A stretch of DNA of 64,000 bases from an uncultured Nitrospiraceae bacterium (GTDB lineage Bacteria > Nitrospirota > Thermodesulfovibrionia > Thermodesulfovibrionales > Dissulfurispiraceae), in contig CAVSHF010000003.1 in assembly GCA_963727805.1 (NCBI GenBank), positions 416,001-480,000 of the forward strand, written 5' to 3'. Below the pieces are notes generated by a model. It was not told the origin of the DNA, did not search any database, and worked only from the letters and a program-made list of their open reading frames with translations. The first letter of the stretch is position 1; every line of letters starts with the position of its first letter. Below are positions 1 to 10,484 of this stretch, in pieces. Made by a program: the position numbers and the translations under genes.

Positions 1-540
1 CATAAAATGAGTCCAACACAGAAATCATTGCGACGACGCTATTGTCTGACGTGTTAATAATAGCAACACTATGGTCGCCGTTATTAGCCGCATATATAAG
101 GGATCCATGAGGTTGCATCGCTGAGCCAAAAGGGGCATTTCCGCAGTAAGAGTTGTCCTGTTATTGTTCGTTGGAGTAGCCTGGAGCAAGTTATATGCAC
201 ATACCTCTTTAGTTGTCGACTACGCGTTTTATCACTTACACAGCCACACTTGGATGGTCCTCCGCCATGAAGCGAAGATCTAAAGACCCATGTTTCTATA
301 TTATATATGTCCTTTGCCATTGACTTGTGCGTAAAATCTATTTCATTTATCCGAGATTAAAGTAATGTTTATGGGCGTCGATAACAATGTTGCGTAGGTG
401 CTGCGTAAAAATAAGGATCTGTGACTGTCAGGTGATCTATACCACTTAGGAGGGTGGACACGACAGCAGAGCAGGTCTAGGTGCCCTGATAAGCATGAAG
501 GGAGAATGGTCATGAGAAAAAAAAGACAACTGTCATATTG

Positions 541-560
541 TATCCGCCGCGAGGCGGGTA
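541..560 (+). other. GC-rich hairpin (TATCCGCC-GCGA-GGCGGGTA) upstream of the collagen-like gene
   Basis: 8-bp stem (one G-U pair) with a GNRA loop, about 47 nt before the TTG start; function unknown. Confidence 0.4.
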
Positions 561-607
561 GTGTTTATTTTAATAATAATAAATTGTCTTAGAATTAAGG
601 AGACATT

Positions 608-3600
608 TTGAAAAAGAACTTGATGATAGTGCTGGTCTGTATAACGCTGATGGCAGCGAGCAGCGCAGACTCTGCCACAAATCCCGGTTCGATAGGACAT
701 GCCGCGTTTCCAGGGGCGCCGGCTCCCGTTGGAGAAGTGCTTTACGGCGACTGGAACGGTGACGGAACTATAAAGGTCGGTATTTTCTCCAATGGCAACT
801 GGTATCTTGACTACCCGGGAACGGGAGTATGGGTGGGTTGCGGAACAACGGCGACGACCGACCGGTGTTATGAGGGCACCTTCGGTGCGGCCGGAGACAT
901 CCCTGTAGTCGGTGACTGGAATGGAGATGGCAGGACCAAGATCGGGATTTTTCGCAATGGCAATTGGTATCTTGACTACCCGGGAACGGGAGTATGGGTG
1001 GGTTGCGGAACAACGGCGACGACCGACCGGTGTTATGAGGGCACCTTCGGTGCGGCCGGAGACATCCCTGTAGTCGGTGACTGGACCGGAGATGGAATTA
1101 CTAAGATAGGCGTCTACCGGGATTCAGCCAAGGCGTGGTACCTCGATATGAACGGCGATGGTATTTGGGATAATGCCGATAGAGGAGTAGCTGGATCCTT
1201 CACCTTTAACAGCCTGTATGCACAGAGAGGAGCGCAGGGCGTGAAGGGCGATACCGGTGCTGCTGGTCCGGCTGGTGCTCAGGGTATTCAGGGTCTTACT
1301 GGTCTCACCGGCCCTGCTGGTGCTGACGGAGCAGTCGGCGCTGCTGGTCCAGCTGGTGCTCAGGGTATTCAGGGTCTTACTGGTCTCACCGGCCCTGCTG
1401 GCGCTGACGGAGCAGTCGGTGCTGCTGGTCCAGCTGGTGCTCAGGGCGACACAGGCGATACCGGTGCCCCCGGTCTTGTTTGGAAAGGCACATGGGATGT
1501 TGCCGCCACTTATTTAACCGGTCAAGCTGTTGTTTATAACAGTGCCAGCTATATAAGTCTGGCTGATGCCAATATTGCCAATGTTCCTGACGCAGCAGCT
1601 TCTCTATTCTGGCAGATGCTTGCAGCGCAGGGCGTGAAGGGCGATACCGGTGCTGCTGGTCCGGCTGGTGCTCAGGGTATTCAGGGTCTTACTGGTCTCA
1701 CCGGCCCTGCTGGTGCTGACGGAGCAGTCGGCGCTGCTGGTCCGGCTGGTGCTCAGGGTATTCAGGGTCTTACTGGTCTCACCGGCCCTGCTGGCGCTGA
1801 CGGAGCAGTCGGTGCTGCTGGTCCAGCTGGTGCTCAGGGCGACACAGGCGATACCGGCGCACCCGGTCTTGTTTGGAAAGGCACATGGGATGTTGCCGCC
1901 ACTTATATAACCGGTCAAGCTGTTGTTTATAACAGTGCCAGCTATATAAGTCTGGCTGATGCCAATATTGCCAATGTTCCTGACGCAGCAGCTTCTCTAT
2001 TCTGGCAGATGCTTACAGCGCAGGGCGTGAAGGGCGATACCGGTGCTGCTGGTCCGGCTGGTGCTCAGGGTATTCAGGGTCTTACTGGTCTCACCGGCCC
2101 TGCTGGTGCTGACGGAGCAGTCGGCGCTGCTGGTCCGGCTGGTGCTCAGGGTATTCAGGGTCTTACTGGTCTCACCGGCCCTGCTGGCGCTGACGGAGCA
2201 GTCGGTGCTGCTGGTCCAGCTGGTGCTCAGGGCGACACAGGCGATACCGGCGCACCCGGTCTTGTTTGGAAAGGCACATGGGATGTTGCCACCACTTATA
2301 TAACCGGTCAAGCTGTTGTTTATAACAGTGCCAGCTATATAAGTCTGGCTGATGCCAATATTGCCAATGTTCCTGACGCAGCAGCTTCTCTATTCTGGCA
2401 GATGCTTGCAGCGCAGGGCGTGAAGGGCGATACCGGTGCTGCTGGTCCGGCTGGTGCTCAGGGTATTCAGGGTCTTACTGGTCTCACCGGCCCTGCTGGT
2501 GCTGACGGAGCAGTCGGCGCTGCTGGTCCGGCTGGTGCTCAGGGTATTCAGGGTCTTACTGGTCTCACCGGCCCTGCTGGTGCTGACGGAGCAGTCGGTG
2601 CTGCTGGTCCAGCTGGTGCTCAGGGCGACACAGGCGATACCGGCGCACCCGGTCTTGTTTGGAAAGGCACATGGGATGTTGCCACCACTTATATAACCGG
2701 TCAAGCTGTTGTTTATAACAGTGCCAGCTATATAAGTCTGGCTGATGCCAATATTGCCAATGTTCCTGACGCAGCAGCTTCTCTATTCTGGCAGATGCTT
2801 GCAGCGCAGGGCGTGAAGGGCGATACCGGTGCTGCTGGTCCGGCTGGTGCTCAGGGTATTCAGGGTCTTACTGGTCTCACCGGCCCTGCTGGTGCTGACG
2901 GAGCAGTCGGCGCTGCTGGTCCAGCTGGTGCTCAGGGTATTCAGGGTCTTACTGGTCTCACCGGCCCTGCTGGCGCTGACGGAGCAGTCGGTGCTGCTGG
3001 TCCAGCTGGTGCTCAGGGCGACACAGGCGATACCGGCGCACCCGGTCTTGTTTGGAAAGGCACATGGGATGTTGCCGCCACTTATTTAACCGGTCAAGCT
3101 GTTGTTTATAACAGTGCCAGCTATATAAGTCTGGCTGATGCCAATATTGCCAATGTTCCTGACGCAGCAGCTTCTCTATTCTGGCAGATGCTTGCAGCGC
3201 AGGGCGTGAAGGGCGATACCGGTGCTGCTGGTCCGGCTGGTGCTCAGGGTATTCAGGGTCTTACTGGTCTCACCGGCCCTGCTGGTGCTGACGGAGCAGT
3301 CGGCGCTGCTGGTCCGGCTGGTGCTCAGGGTATTCAGGGTCTTACTGGTCTCACCGGCCCTGCTGGCGCTGACGGAGCAGTCGGTGCTGCTGGTCCAGCT
3401 GGTGCTCAGGGCGACACAGGCGATACCGGCGCACCCGGTCTTGTTTGGAAAGGCACATGGGATGTTGCCACCACTTATATAACCGGTCAAGCTGTTGTTT
3501 ATAACAGTGCCAGCTATATAAGTCTGGCTGATGCCAATATTGCCAATGTTCCTGACGCAGCAGCTTCTCTATTCTGGCAGATGCTTGCAGCGCAGGGCGT

Positions 3601-4879
3601 GAAGGGCGATACCGGTGCTGCTGGTCCGGCTGGTGCTCAGGGTATTCAGGGTCTTACTGGTCTCACCGGTCCTGCTGGTGCTGACGGAGCAGTCGGCGCT
3701 GCTGGTCCGGCTGGTGCTCAGGGTATTCAGGGTCTTACTGGTCTCACCGGCCCTGCTGGCGCTGACGGAGCAGTCGGTGCTGCTGGTCCAGCTGGTGCTC
3801 AGGGCGACACAGGCGATACCGGCGCACCCGGTCTTGTTTGGAAAGGCACATGGGATGTTGCCACCACTTATATAACCGGTCAAGCTGTTGTTTATAACAG
3901 TGCCAGCTATATAAGTCTGGCTGATGCCAATATTGCCAATGTTCCTGACGCAGCAGCTTCTCTATTCTGGCAGATGCTTGCAGCGCAGGGCGTGAAGGGC
4001 GATACCGGTGCTGCTGGTCCAGCTGGTGCTCAGGGTATTCAGGGTCTTACTGGTCTCACCGGCCCTGCTGGTGCTGACGGAGCAGTCGGCGCTGCTGGTC
4101 CAGCTGGTGCTCAGGGTATTCAGGGTCTTACTGGTCTCACCGGCCCTGCTGGCGCTGACGGAGCAGTCGGTGCTGCTGGTCCAGCTGGTGCTCAGGGCGA
4201 CACAGGCGATACCGGTGCACCCGGTCTTGTTTGGAAAGGCACATGGGATGTTGCCGCCACTTATATAACCGGTCAAGCTGTTGTTTATAACAGTGCCAGC
4301 TATATAAGTCTGGCTGATGCCAATATTGCCAATGTTCCTGACGCAGCAGCTTCTCTATTCTGGCAGATGCTTGCAGCGCAGGGCGTGAAGGGCGATACCG
4401 GTGCTGCTGGTCCGGCTGGTGCTCAGGGTATTCAGGGTCTTACTGGTCTCACCGGCCCTGCTGGTGCTGACGGAGCAGTCGGCGCTGCTGGTCCGGCTGG
4501 TGCTCAGGGCGACACAGGCGATACCGGTCTTCAGGGCATTCCCGGTGTTTCCAACATTGTGACATTGACTGAGAATGTCAATATGCCGGCCGATACAGCA
4601 GATATTGGCAGGGTGTTCAAGAAAGCCGTAGGCATAACCATCACAGGGGTTTCTTGCATAGCGCTAGGCGCCGGTGCAGTCATTGACGTAGATGTGCAGA
4701 AGTGTGATGCTAATTTTGTGACCTGCAACACCATTTTATCGGCCCCTATTCACTGCTCGAACGCGCACAATACAGGGACTGTCGCATTTGGGACCATAAC
4801 AAGCAGTCAGTACGTTAGTATAGTTACTAGCGGCAGATCTAATCTTGTTTTATTGGATGTCAACATGGACTATCAATAA
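608..4879 (+). CDS. Secreted collagen-like repeat protein: signal peptide, FG-GAP/VCBS-like repeats, 8 x (collagen + CBM5/12-like spacer), Cys-containing C-terminal domain
   Basis: TTG start after AAGGAG; signal peptide MKKNLMIVLVCITLMAASSADSA; GDWNGDG repeats; long Gly-X-Y runs; W-x-G-x-W...Y...V-x-Y...W spacer. Confidence 0.9.
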   Translation: MKKNLMIVLVCITLMAASSADSATNPGSIGHAAFPGAPAPVGEVLYGDWNGDGTIKVGIFSNGNWYLDYPGTGVWVGCGTTATTDRCYEGTFGAAGDIPVVGDWNGDGRTKIGIFRNGNWYLDYPGTGVWVGCGTTATTDRCYEGTFGAAGDIPVVGDWTGDGITKIGVYRDSAKAWYLDMNGDGIWDNADRGVAGSFTFNSLYAQRGAQGVKGDTGAAGPAGAQGIQGLTGLTGPAGADGAVGAAGPAGAQGIQGLTGLTGPAGADGAVGAAGPAGAQGDTGDTGAPGLVWKGTWDVAATYLTGQAVVYNSASYISLADANIANVPDAAASLFWQMLAAQGVKGDTGAAGPAGAQGIQGLTGLTGPAGADGAVGAAGPAGAQGIQGLTGLTGPAGADGAVGAAGPAGAQGDTGDTGAPGLVWKGTWDVAATYITGQAVVYNSASYISLADANIANVPDAAASLFWQMLTAQGVKGDTGAAGPAGAQGIQGLTGLTGPAGADGAVGAAGPAGAQGIQGLTGLTGPAGADGAVGAAGPAGAQGDTGDTGAPGLVWKGTWDVATTYITGQAVVYNSASYISLADANIANVPDAAASLFWQMLAAQGVKGDTGAAGPAGAQGIQGLTGLTGPAGADGAVGAAGPAGAQGIQGLTGLTGPAGADGAVGAAGPAGAQGDTGDTGAPGLVWKGTWDVATTYITGQAVVYNSASYISLADANIANVPDAAASLFWQMLAAQGVKGDTGAAGPAGAQGIQGLTGLTGPAGADGAVGAAGPAGAQGIQGLTGLTGPAGADGAVGAAGPAGAQGDTGDTGAPGLVWKGTWDVAATYLTGQAVVYNSASYISLADANIANVPDAAASLFWQMLAAQGVKGDTGAAGPAGAQGIQGLTGLTGPAGADGAVGAAGPAGAQGIQGLTGLTGPAGADGAVGAAGPAGAQGDTGDTGAPGLVWKGTWDVATTYITGQAVVYNSASYISLADANIANVPDAAASLFWQMLAAQGVKGDTGAAGPAGAQGIQGLTGLTGPAGADGAVGAAGPAGAQGIQGLTGLTGPAGADGAVGAAGPAGAQGDTGDTGAPGLVWKGTWDVATTYITGQAVVYNSASYISLADANIANVPDAAASLFWQMLAAQGVKGDTGAAGPAGAQGIQGLTGLTGPAGADGAVGAAGPAGAQGIQGLTGLTGPAGADGAVGAAGPAGAQGDTGDTGAPGLVWKGTWDVAATYITGQAVVYNSASYISLADANIANVPDAAASLFWQMLAAQGVKGDTGAAGPAGAQGIQGLTGLTGPAGADGAVGAAGPAGAQGDTGDTGLQGIPGVSNIVTLTENVNMPADTADIGRVFKKAVGITITGVSCIALGAGAVIDVDVQKCDANFVTCNTILSAPIHCSNAHNTGTVAFGTITSSQYVSIVTSGRSNLVLLDVNMDYQ
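800..1085 (+). repeat. Intragenic direct repeat, period 165 bp (800-920 identical to 965-1085)
   Basis: Both copies encode WYLDYPGTGVWVGCGTTATTDRCYEGTFGAAGDIPVVGDW. Confidence 0.9.
1231..4528 (+). repeat. Tandem array of 393-bp units (8 full, starting 1231, 1624, 2017, 2410, 2803, 3196, 3589, 3982, plus a partial at 4375), each with an internal 81-bp subrepeat
   Basis: AGCGCAGGGCGTGAAGGGCGATACC recurs every 393 bp; only a few SNPs between units. Confidence 0.97.
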
Positions 4880-4954
4880 ATCAAATGAGCCGAGGAACCG
4901 ATAATCATTAATTGAAGAAGTCTTCGTAATAACCTTTACTACAGATACCTTTCG

Positions 4955-4985
4955 AGGGGGCGGGGCATACCCGCCCCCTATTTAA
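4955..4985 (+). terminator. Probable intrinsic terminator or REP-like hairpin after the collagen gene
   Basis: AGGGGGCGGG-GCATA-CCCGCCCCCT followed by ATTT. Confidence 0.65.
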
Positions 4986-5126
4986 TCAAAGCTGGATTAT
5001 GTCACGCCAAGACGAAAAAGTGAACACAAGGTTCAGTTTCATTAGGTATCTATCGATTCTAAGAGCTACGGCGAGTGAACAAATAAGTTGCACATAGCAG
5101 AATTTATGCTTACAATTTGAAGACAA

Positions 5127-7178
5127 TTAGTGGCCACTGGAGCTCAGGCTTTCGTGTTTCACCACATCGATATCCGCCTGAATATTCTTTACCGCATTGG
5201 TAAGCTCATTGTATAAAGCCGATGCGCGACCGTCCTTGGAATGAGCAGAAATTACGGCTTCTCTGGCAAGCGTGTGGATTTTCTCATGTGCCCTCGCCAG
5301 TTTGTTGAAGCTTTCAAGATGTCCGAGCATCGTACGGCCCTCATGGTCATACCATTTGGCGAATGTGCAATTATGCGCATCGGGTAATTGAGCTGCATCG
5401 AACATTTTATTGCCGTTCACGCAATCCCCAACTTTATACATGAACGACCTGATATCTCCCTTGGCGACATCAAGCATGGCCGCCACACTTCCTACAGTCT
5501 TAAATCCGGCAAAAGACTTTTTCAGATCGACGACTACGGTCACAATCCTGTCTGTTCCTTTCAGTACGCTTGAGGCCATCTGCTCTGTCTCATTTGCTAT
5601 CGCGGCAGTAACCTCGATGTTCCTTGCTACTTCCTCGGAAGCTGAAGATTGTTCAACCACTGCCGTGGCGATCTGTGTTATCTTATCGTTGACATTCATA
5701 ACAGCTTCCGACATGGCCTCAAGAGAACTCATGACTTCTTTGATGGCTTCGTCGGCTTTAGTCACCTCTGTTGCTGTCTCGCTCATTCTCTTTGTAGTCT
5801 TACTCGATTCATTCTGCACGGACTGTATCTCTGATGTGATCTCCCCCGTAGCTTTAATTGTTTTTTCCGCAAGCTTTCTTACCTCATCCGCCACTACCGC
5901 AAAGCCTCTACCTTGTTCCCCGGCTCGAGCGGCTTCAATGGCTGCATTCAGGGCAAGCAGGTTGGTCTGGTCAGCTATCTCTTTTATCACATTGACAATG
6001 TCGCCTATGTCACTTGCCTTGCTGTTAAGCTTGTCAATCATCTCGGCAAGGCCTACCGTTGAAACATGCACTCGATTGACAGTCTGGACTGCCTCACCGG
6101 CTATTTCCTTCCCTCTGTTTGCCATATCGGCTGCTTCAGCCGAGGTTTCTGATGCGGAGGAAGCATTCTTTGCTATATCGTTTATTGTCTGGCTCATTTC
6201 TTCAGCAGATGCTGCTATTTGATGGGCCTGGGAAGATTGCTTCTTGGCGCCTTCCGTCATATCATTTGCACTGTCTTTTAATAGTCCCGACGTTGTGACT
6301 ACCTGTCCCGTGGAGCGTATCATGCTTTCGACCATCTGCCCATAAGCATCAAGAACCTTGTTGATGTCTATGGCGAGCATGCCTATCTCGTCTGTGCCCT
6401 TTACATTAAGTCTCCCCGTCAAATCTCCGCTCCCTTCAGAAAGGGACGATGAAAAACCCTGCATCAACTTACCATACTCCTTGACAGGTCCCGAGATGAA
6501 GCCACCACCTACTATAAAGGTTGTTGCTGTTACGACAATAGAAATGACAACCAGCAATAACCCAATCCCCATCAATATTTTCCAGACTGTCTTCGATACA
6601 TCATCCACATAGACACCGGATCCGACAATCCATCCCCAAGGCTTGTAGAGCTTGACAAACGATATCTTCGGTAAGGGTTTCTCTCCCTCCGATTTCGGCC
6701 ATACATAACCGACAAAACCCTCTCCTTTTTCCTTACACACCTTTGCCATTTCCGAAAAGAATGATTTACCGTCACGGTCTTTAAAGTCGGAAAGATTCTT
6801 GCCGTCCAAATCCGGCCTTGTGGGATGCATAATCATTTTAGGTTCGAGATCGTTGATCCATATGTAACCGTCATTCCCACCTTCTTTCCCGACCCTGATA
6901 TGGCTGATTCTTTCCTTGGCCCTTTTTTGGGCCTCTTCAAGTGTAAATTCACCTTTGGACGCACGCTGATCATATTCTTCAAGAAGGCTATATGCCACGC
7001 TGGAGACATCAGCAGCATTTTTCTTTTTCTCGTCCATCAGCTTGGAATTTGTTACAGGCAGCACATAGAATAATACCCCGACCATAACAAGTCCGATAGC
7101 AAGAATCGGCATGAAGGATATCTTCCAGAATATCGGAAGATTTCGAAACTTAATCAGATCCTTTAGATTAACTGACAT
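5127..7178 (-). CDS. Methyl-accepting chemotaxis protein (Cache sensor, HAMP, MCP signalling domain, C-terminal CZB-like domain)
   Basis: Two TM segments; YIWIND..MIMHP Cache motif; [47 protein letters not shown]...HEKIH; ATG 7178 preceded by GGGAG. Confidence 0.95.
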   Translation of the reverse strand: MSVNLKDLIKFRNLPIFWKISFMPILAIGLVMVGVLFYVLPVTNSKLMDEKKKNAADVSSVAYSLLEEYDQRASKGEFTLEEAQKRAKERISHIRVGKEGGNDGYIWINDLEPKMIMHPTRPDLDGKNLSDFKDRDGKSFFSEMAKVCKEKGEGFVGYVWPKSEGEKPLPKISFVKLYKPWGWIVGSGVYVDDVSKTVWKILMGIGLLLVVISIVVTATTFIVGGGFISGPVKEYGKLMQGFSSSLSEGSGDLTGRLNVKGTDEIGMLAIDINKVLDAYGQMVESMIRSTGQVVTTSGLLKDSANDMTEGAKKQSSQAHQIAASAEEMSQTINDIAKNASSASETSAEAADMANRGKEIAGEAVQTVNRVHVSTVGLAEMIDKLNSKASDIGDIVNVIKEIADQTNLLALNAAIEAARAGEQGRGFAVVADEVRKLAEKTIKATGEITSEIQSVQNESSKTTKRMSETATEVTKADEAIKEVMSSLEAMSEAVMNVNDKITQIATAVVEQSSASEEVARNIEVTAAIANETEQMASSVLKGTDRIVTVVVDLKKSFAGFKTVGSVAAMLDVAKGDIRSFMYKVGDCVNGNKMFDAAQLPDAHNCTFAKWYDHEGRTMLGHLESFNKLARAHEKIHTLAREAVISAHSKDGRASALYNELTNAVKNIQADIDVVKHESLSSSGH

Positions 7179-7299
7179 TAAATTCACTCCCAAAATTATT
7201 TTTATGCTGCCCCCTAAGGCAGTCTATTTTAATAAAAGCTTAGGCAATTGTCAAAAAATACAATTTTGCTAAGCGGATTCGAAGAAGACAAGGCTGATG

Positions 7300-7797
7300 T
7301 TATTGACCTGAAAGAAAAATTATAATGTCCGATTCAAAATTATCACTCATATGACCACTGCCGAGGGCTCTCCTGATATCGTCCATTTCCCAGAAGGCTA
7401 CCTCCTCAATCTCTTCCGGATTAAACGGGAAAGGCCCGTTATGGACACACTGATACGTGAAAACAAGTTCGCTTTCATCAGGGCCGGTAAAGATATGCGA
7501 ATAAAGAGGCTTTATGATATCGGAGGCGATGCCGAGTTCCTCATCCATTTCCCTGAGAGCAGCAGCCATCAAATCTTCTCCGGGGGAGACGTGCCCGCCG
7601 ACCGATGTATCCCATTTCCCAGGTGCGACATCTTTCTTCATCGAACGCTTCTGAAGAAGCAATTGACCCGCATCATTGAAAACGAGAACGTGCACGACCT
7701 TATGAAGAAGTGAGGGGTCCTCGTGCACCTCGGAACGCTTTCTGAGGCCGATGGTCCTCCCTTCAATGTCGACGATTTCGATCACTTCTTCCTGCAT
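7300..7797 (-). CDS. NUDIX hydrolase (YfcD/IPP isomerase type 1-like)
   Basis: HKVVHVLVFN, PGKWDTSVGGHV and the AALREMDEELGI Nudix box. Confidence 0.85.
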   Translation of the reverse strand: MQEEVIEIVDIEGRTIGLRKRSEVHEDPSLLHKVVHVLVFNDAGQLLLQKRSMKKDVAPGKWDTSVGGHVSPGEDLMAAALREMDEELGIASDIIKPLYSHIFTGPDESELVFTYQCVHNGPFPFNPEEIEEVAFWEMDDIRRALGSGHMSDNFESDIIIFLSGQ

Positions 7798-7856
7798 AAG
7801 GATAGAATATCAAAAGGACGGTTGGGACGTAAAGGAATATGCTAGAATATCAACCA

Positions 7857-8321
7857 GTGAAAGATACGTGTAAAAAAATTTCAAAGATTATTGCGACCCT
7901 TTTTTTTATAGGATACATGCCATTCGCTCCCGGCACCTTTGGAACCCTTGCAGGGATGCTGTTTATTTGGCTTCTGAAGCCGAGCTTTCCATGGCAGTTT
8001 GCTCTAGTGATCGCTACTCTGATTATAGGCATCATAACATCGGGTATTGCCGAAAATGCTTTCGGCGAGAAGGACAGTAGACATATCGTGATCGATGAAT
8101 TTGTGGGCTACCTATGCTCTGTTATTTTACTGCCATTGACTCCGGCCTATATGCTTGCCGCCTTCTTTTTGTTCCGGTTTTTCGATATTCTAAAGCCGCC
8201 GCCGATACACCTGCTCGAGAGAATTAGCGGCGGCATTGGTGTCATGTGCGACGATGTTGCTGCAGGCATTGCTACAAATGTGATATTACAGATCGTCAGA
8301 TTGGCTGCAGCATGTGCCTGA
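7857..8321 (+). CDS. pgpA: Phosphatidylglycerophosphatase A
   Basis: APGTFGT, IVIDEFVG, FRFFDILKPPPI and GVMCDD motifs; start GTG 7857 (alternative ATG 7839). Confidence 0.92.
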   Translation: MKDTCKKISKIIATLFFIGYMPFAPGTFGTLAGMLFIWLLKPSFPWQFALVIATLIIGIITSGIAENAFGEKDSRHIVIDEFVGYLCSVILLPLTPAYMLAAFFLFRFFDILKPPPIHLLERISGGIGVMCDDVAAGIATNVILQIVRLAAACA

Positions 8322-8334
8322 AATACTTCTGTAT

Positions 8335-8895
8335 ATGAGGTCCTTTATCGCCATCGATATCCCTACTGCCATAAAATCGTCGATCGACGGTGTAATCAGG
8401 ACTGTCTCAGGCGATGCAAGAGGCATACGATGGGTCTCTACGGAAAATATCCATTTGACGCTCAAATTTCTTGGTGATGTGAGTGATGATCTCGTCCCTG
8501 ACATAGAAAATAGACTAAAGCTGATAGGGAAACATTATCAGTCTTTCAGTATTGGTATCCGAGGAGCCGGCGCATTCCCCAATTTCAAGAACCCCAATGT
8601 GTTGTGGCTCGGTGTCGAAGTATCGGACCGGCTTGGGGCACTTTTCAGGGATATTGAGGCAACTCTTTCGGAAATAGGCTTTGAGAAGGATAGCAGGAGA
8701 TTCTCGCCTCATCTCACCATAGCAAGAGTGAAGGACAGACACAACATTGCCCCTGTGCTTAATGAATTGTCTACATATAAAGATGCTTTTTTTGGTACTA
8801 TAGAGATACGTGAATTTCTGCTCATGAAGAGCGTCTTGAAGCCGTCAGGCGCAGAGTATTCAAAGACGGCTATTATTAAGCTCAATATCGCGTGA
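8335..8895 (+). CDS. thpR: RNA 2',3'-cyclic phosphodiesterase (2H family)
   Basis: MRSFIAI start; two HxT motifs (HLTLKFLG, PHLTIAR); upstream of recA; alternative start 8314. Confidence 0.92.
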   Translation: MRSFIAIDIPTAIKSSIDGVIRTVSGDARGIRWVSTENIHLTLKFLGDVSDDLVPDIENRLKLIGKHYQSFSIGIRGAGAFPNFKNPNVLWLGVEVSDRLGALFRDIEATLSEIGFEKDSRRFSPHLTIARVKDRHNIAPVLNELSTYKDAFFGTIEIREFLLMKSVLKPSGAEYSKTAIIKLNIA

Positions 8896-8917
8896 TATCA
8901 CATAAGGAGGCACATTA

Positions 8918-9946
8918 ATGAACAAAGACAAACTTAAGGCCCTCGAAATGGCCATTTCACAGATTGAAAGAAGTTTTGGAAAAGGCTCGATCATGCGGCT
9001 TGGTTCGGGAGAGGTCGCCGAAGGGATACAGGCGATACCTACCGGATCGGTGACCCTCGATATTGCAACAGGAATCGGCGGGTTCCCGAGGGGCAGGGTA
9101 ATTGAGATATACGGTCCCGAGTCTTCCGGCAAAACGACACTCGCTCTTAACGCAATTGCGCAGGCGCAGAAGGCAGGCGGTGTAGCTGCCTTCATAGATG
9201 CAGAGCATGCCCTCGACGTGACTTACGCCTCCAAGCTTGGCGTCAACACAGACGATCTCCTGGTGTCACAGCCAGATACCGGTGAACAGGCCCTTGAGGT
9301 GACAGAGACACTGGTGAGAAGTGGTGCCATTGACATCGTTGTCATTGATTCAGTTGCAGCACTCGTGCCCAAGGCAGAGATTGAAGGCGAGATGGGCGAC
9401 TCGCACATGGGTCTTCAGGCAAGGTTAATGAGCCAGGCGCTGAGGAAGCTCACTGCTGCAATATCAAAGTCACTAACCACGGTCATCTTTATCAACCAGA
9501 TCAGGATGAAGATAGGAGTCATGTTCGGCAATCCAGAAACGACTACGGGCGGGAACGCGCTTAAGTTCTATTCCTCGATGAGGCTTGATATCAGAAAGAT
9601 TGACAGTCTGAAAGATGGGCAGGAGACCATCGGAGGAAGGGTGAGGGTGAAGATTGTGAAGAACAAGGTTGCCCCGCCCTTCAGACAGGCTGAATTCGAC
9701 ATTTATTTTAACGAAGGAATATCGAGAGTCGGAGAGATCATCGACCTCGGCGTCGAAAAGAATATCATCGAGAAATCCGGCGCATGGTACAGCTACAGTG
9801 GCACCAGGATCGGCCAGGGACGGGAGAATGTCAGGGAATACCTTAAGAGCAATCCTTTAATCGCCAAAGAGATCGAGCTGAAGATTTTCGAGGCTTATGG
9901 GCTAAAGACCACCACAACGGTCGAAGCGAAGAGCGAGACTAAATAG
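8918..9946 (+). CDS. recA: Recombinase RecA
   Basis: [40 protein letters not shown]. Confidence 0.99.
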   Translation: MNKDKLKALEMAISQIERSFGKGSIMRLGSGEVAEGIQAIPTGSVTLDIATGIGGFPRGRVIEIYGPESSGKTTLALNAIAQAQKAGGVAAFIDAEHALDVTYASKLGVNTDDLLVSQPDTGEQALEVTETLVRSGAIDIVVIDSVAALVPKAEIEGEMGDSHMGLQARLMSQALRKLTAAISKSLTTVIFINQIRMKIGVMFGNPETTTGGNALKFYSSMRLDIRKIDSLKDGQETIGGRVRVKIVKNKVAPPFRQAEFDIYFNEGISRVGEIIDLGVEKNIIEKSGAWYSYSGTRIGQGRENVREYLKSNPLIAKEIELKIFEAYGLKTTTTVEAKSETK

Positions 9947-9971
9947 ACGGTCTTCGGTCGGCAAGACAGAA

Positions 9972-10454
9972 TTGAAAAGTCCTGACGACAATTTCCATAA
10001 GGCCTTGCAGTACGCCTTTCTGCTTCTACGATATAGAGACAGGAGTGAAAGAGAAATCATCGAGAGGCTTAACAAAAAAGGATTCACAGAAGAGGCAGGC
10101 ATAAAGGCAGCAAATTATTTAAAAGACAGAGGCTTTATTAATGATGCACGGTATGCGGAATCCCTCAAGAGGATAGCTATCGAGCAAAAGCACCTTGGCA
10201 GGAGAGGGGTCGTTCACTATCTGCTTTCGAAAGGGATTTCCGATGAAATTGTCGAAGGTATTTCAGGTGATGATGAAGAATACTTTGATACTGCCGAAAA
10301 ACTAGTCGCAAGAAAAATGAGACAACTGAAGGGTTTGGATGACAGTGTCATAAAAAGGCGGCTTTGGGGAGCGCTCTTGAGAAAAGGTTACTCTTCGGAT
10401 ATTATCAAAAAAGTGCTGAGAACTCATATCAGTGACGACGAGTGTGAATTTTAA
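9972..10454 (+). CDS. recX: Regulatory protein RecX
   Basis: Directly after recA; RDRSEREI..L..KGF, GFINDARYA, LLRKGYS. Confidence 0.9.
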   Translation: MKSPDDNFHKALQYAFLLLRYRDRSEREIIERLNKKGFTEEAGIKAANYLKDRGFINDARYAESLKRIAIEQKHLGRRGVVHYLLSKGISDEIVEGISGDDEEYFDTAEKLVARKMRQLKGLDDSVIKRRLWGALLRKGYSSDIIKKVLRTHISDDECEF

Positions 10455-10484
10455 TATTAGATGGCTGATGGGAGGATAACAAAG

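Noticed and set aside
1257..4276. Repeated 86-aa (+) and 104-aa (-) ORFs
   Set aside because: Alternative-frame shadows of the collagen repeat, with no independent start signals
1231..4528. Regular repeats as a CRISPR array
   Set aside because: Units are 393 and 81 bp, in frame, with no unique spacers and no cas genes
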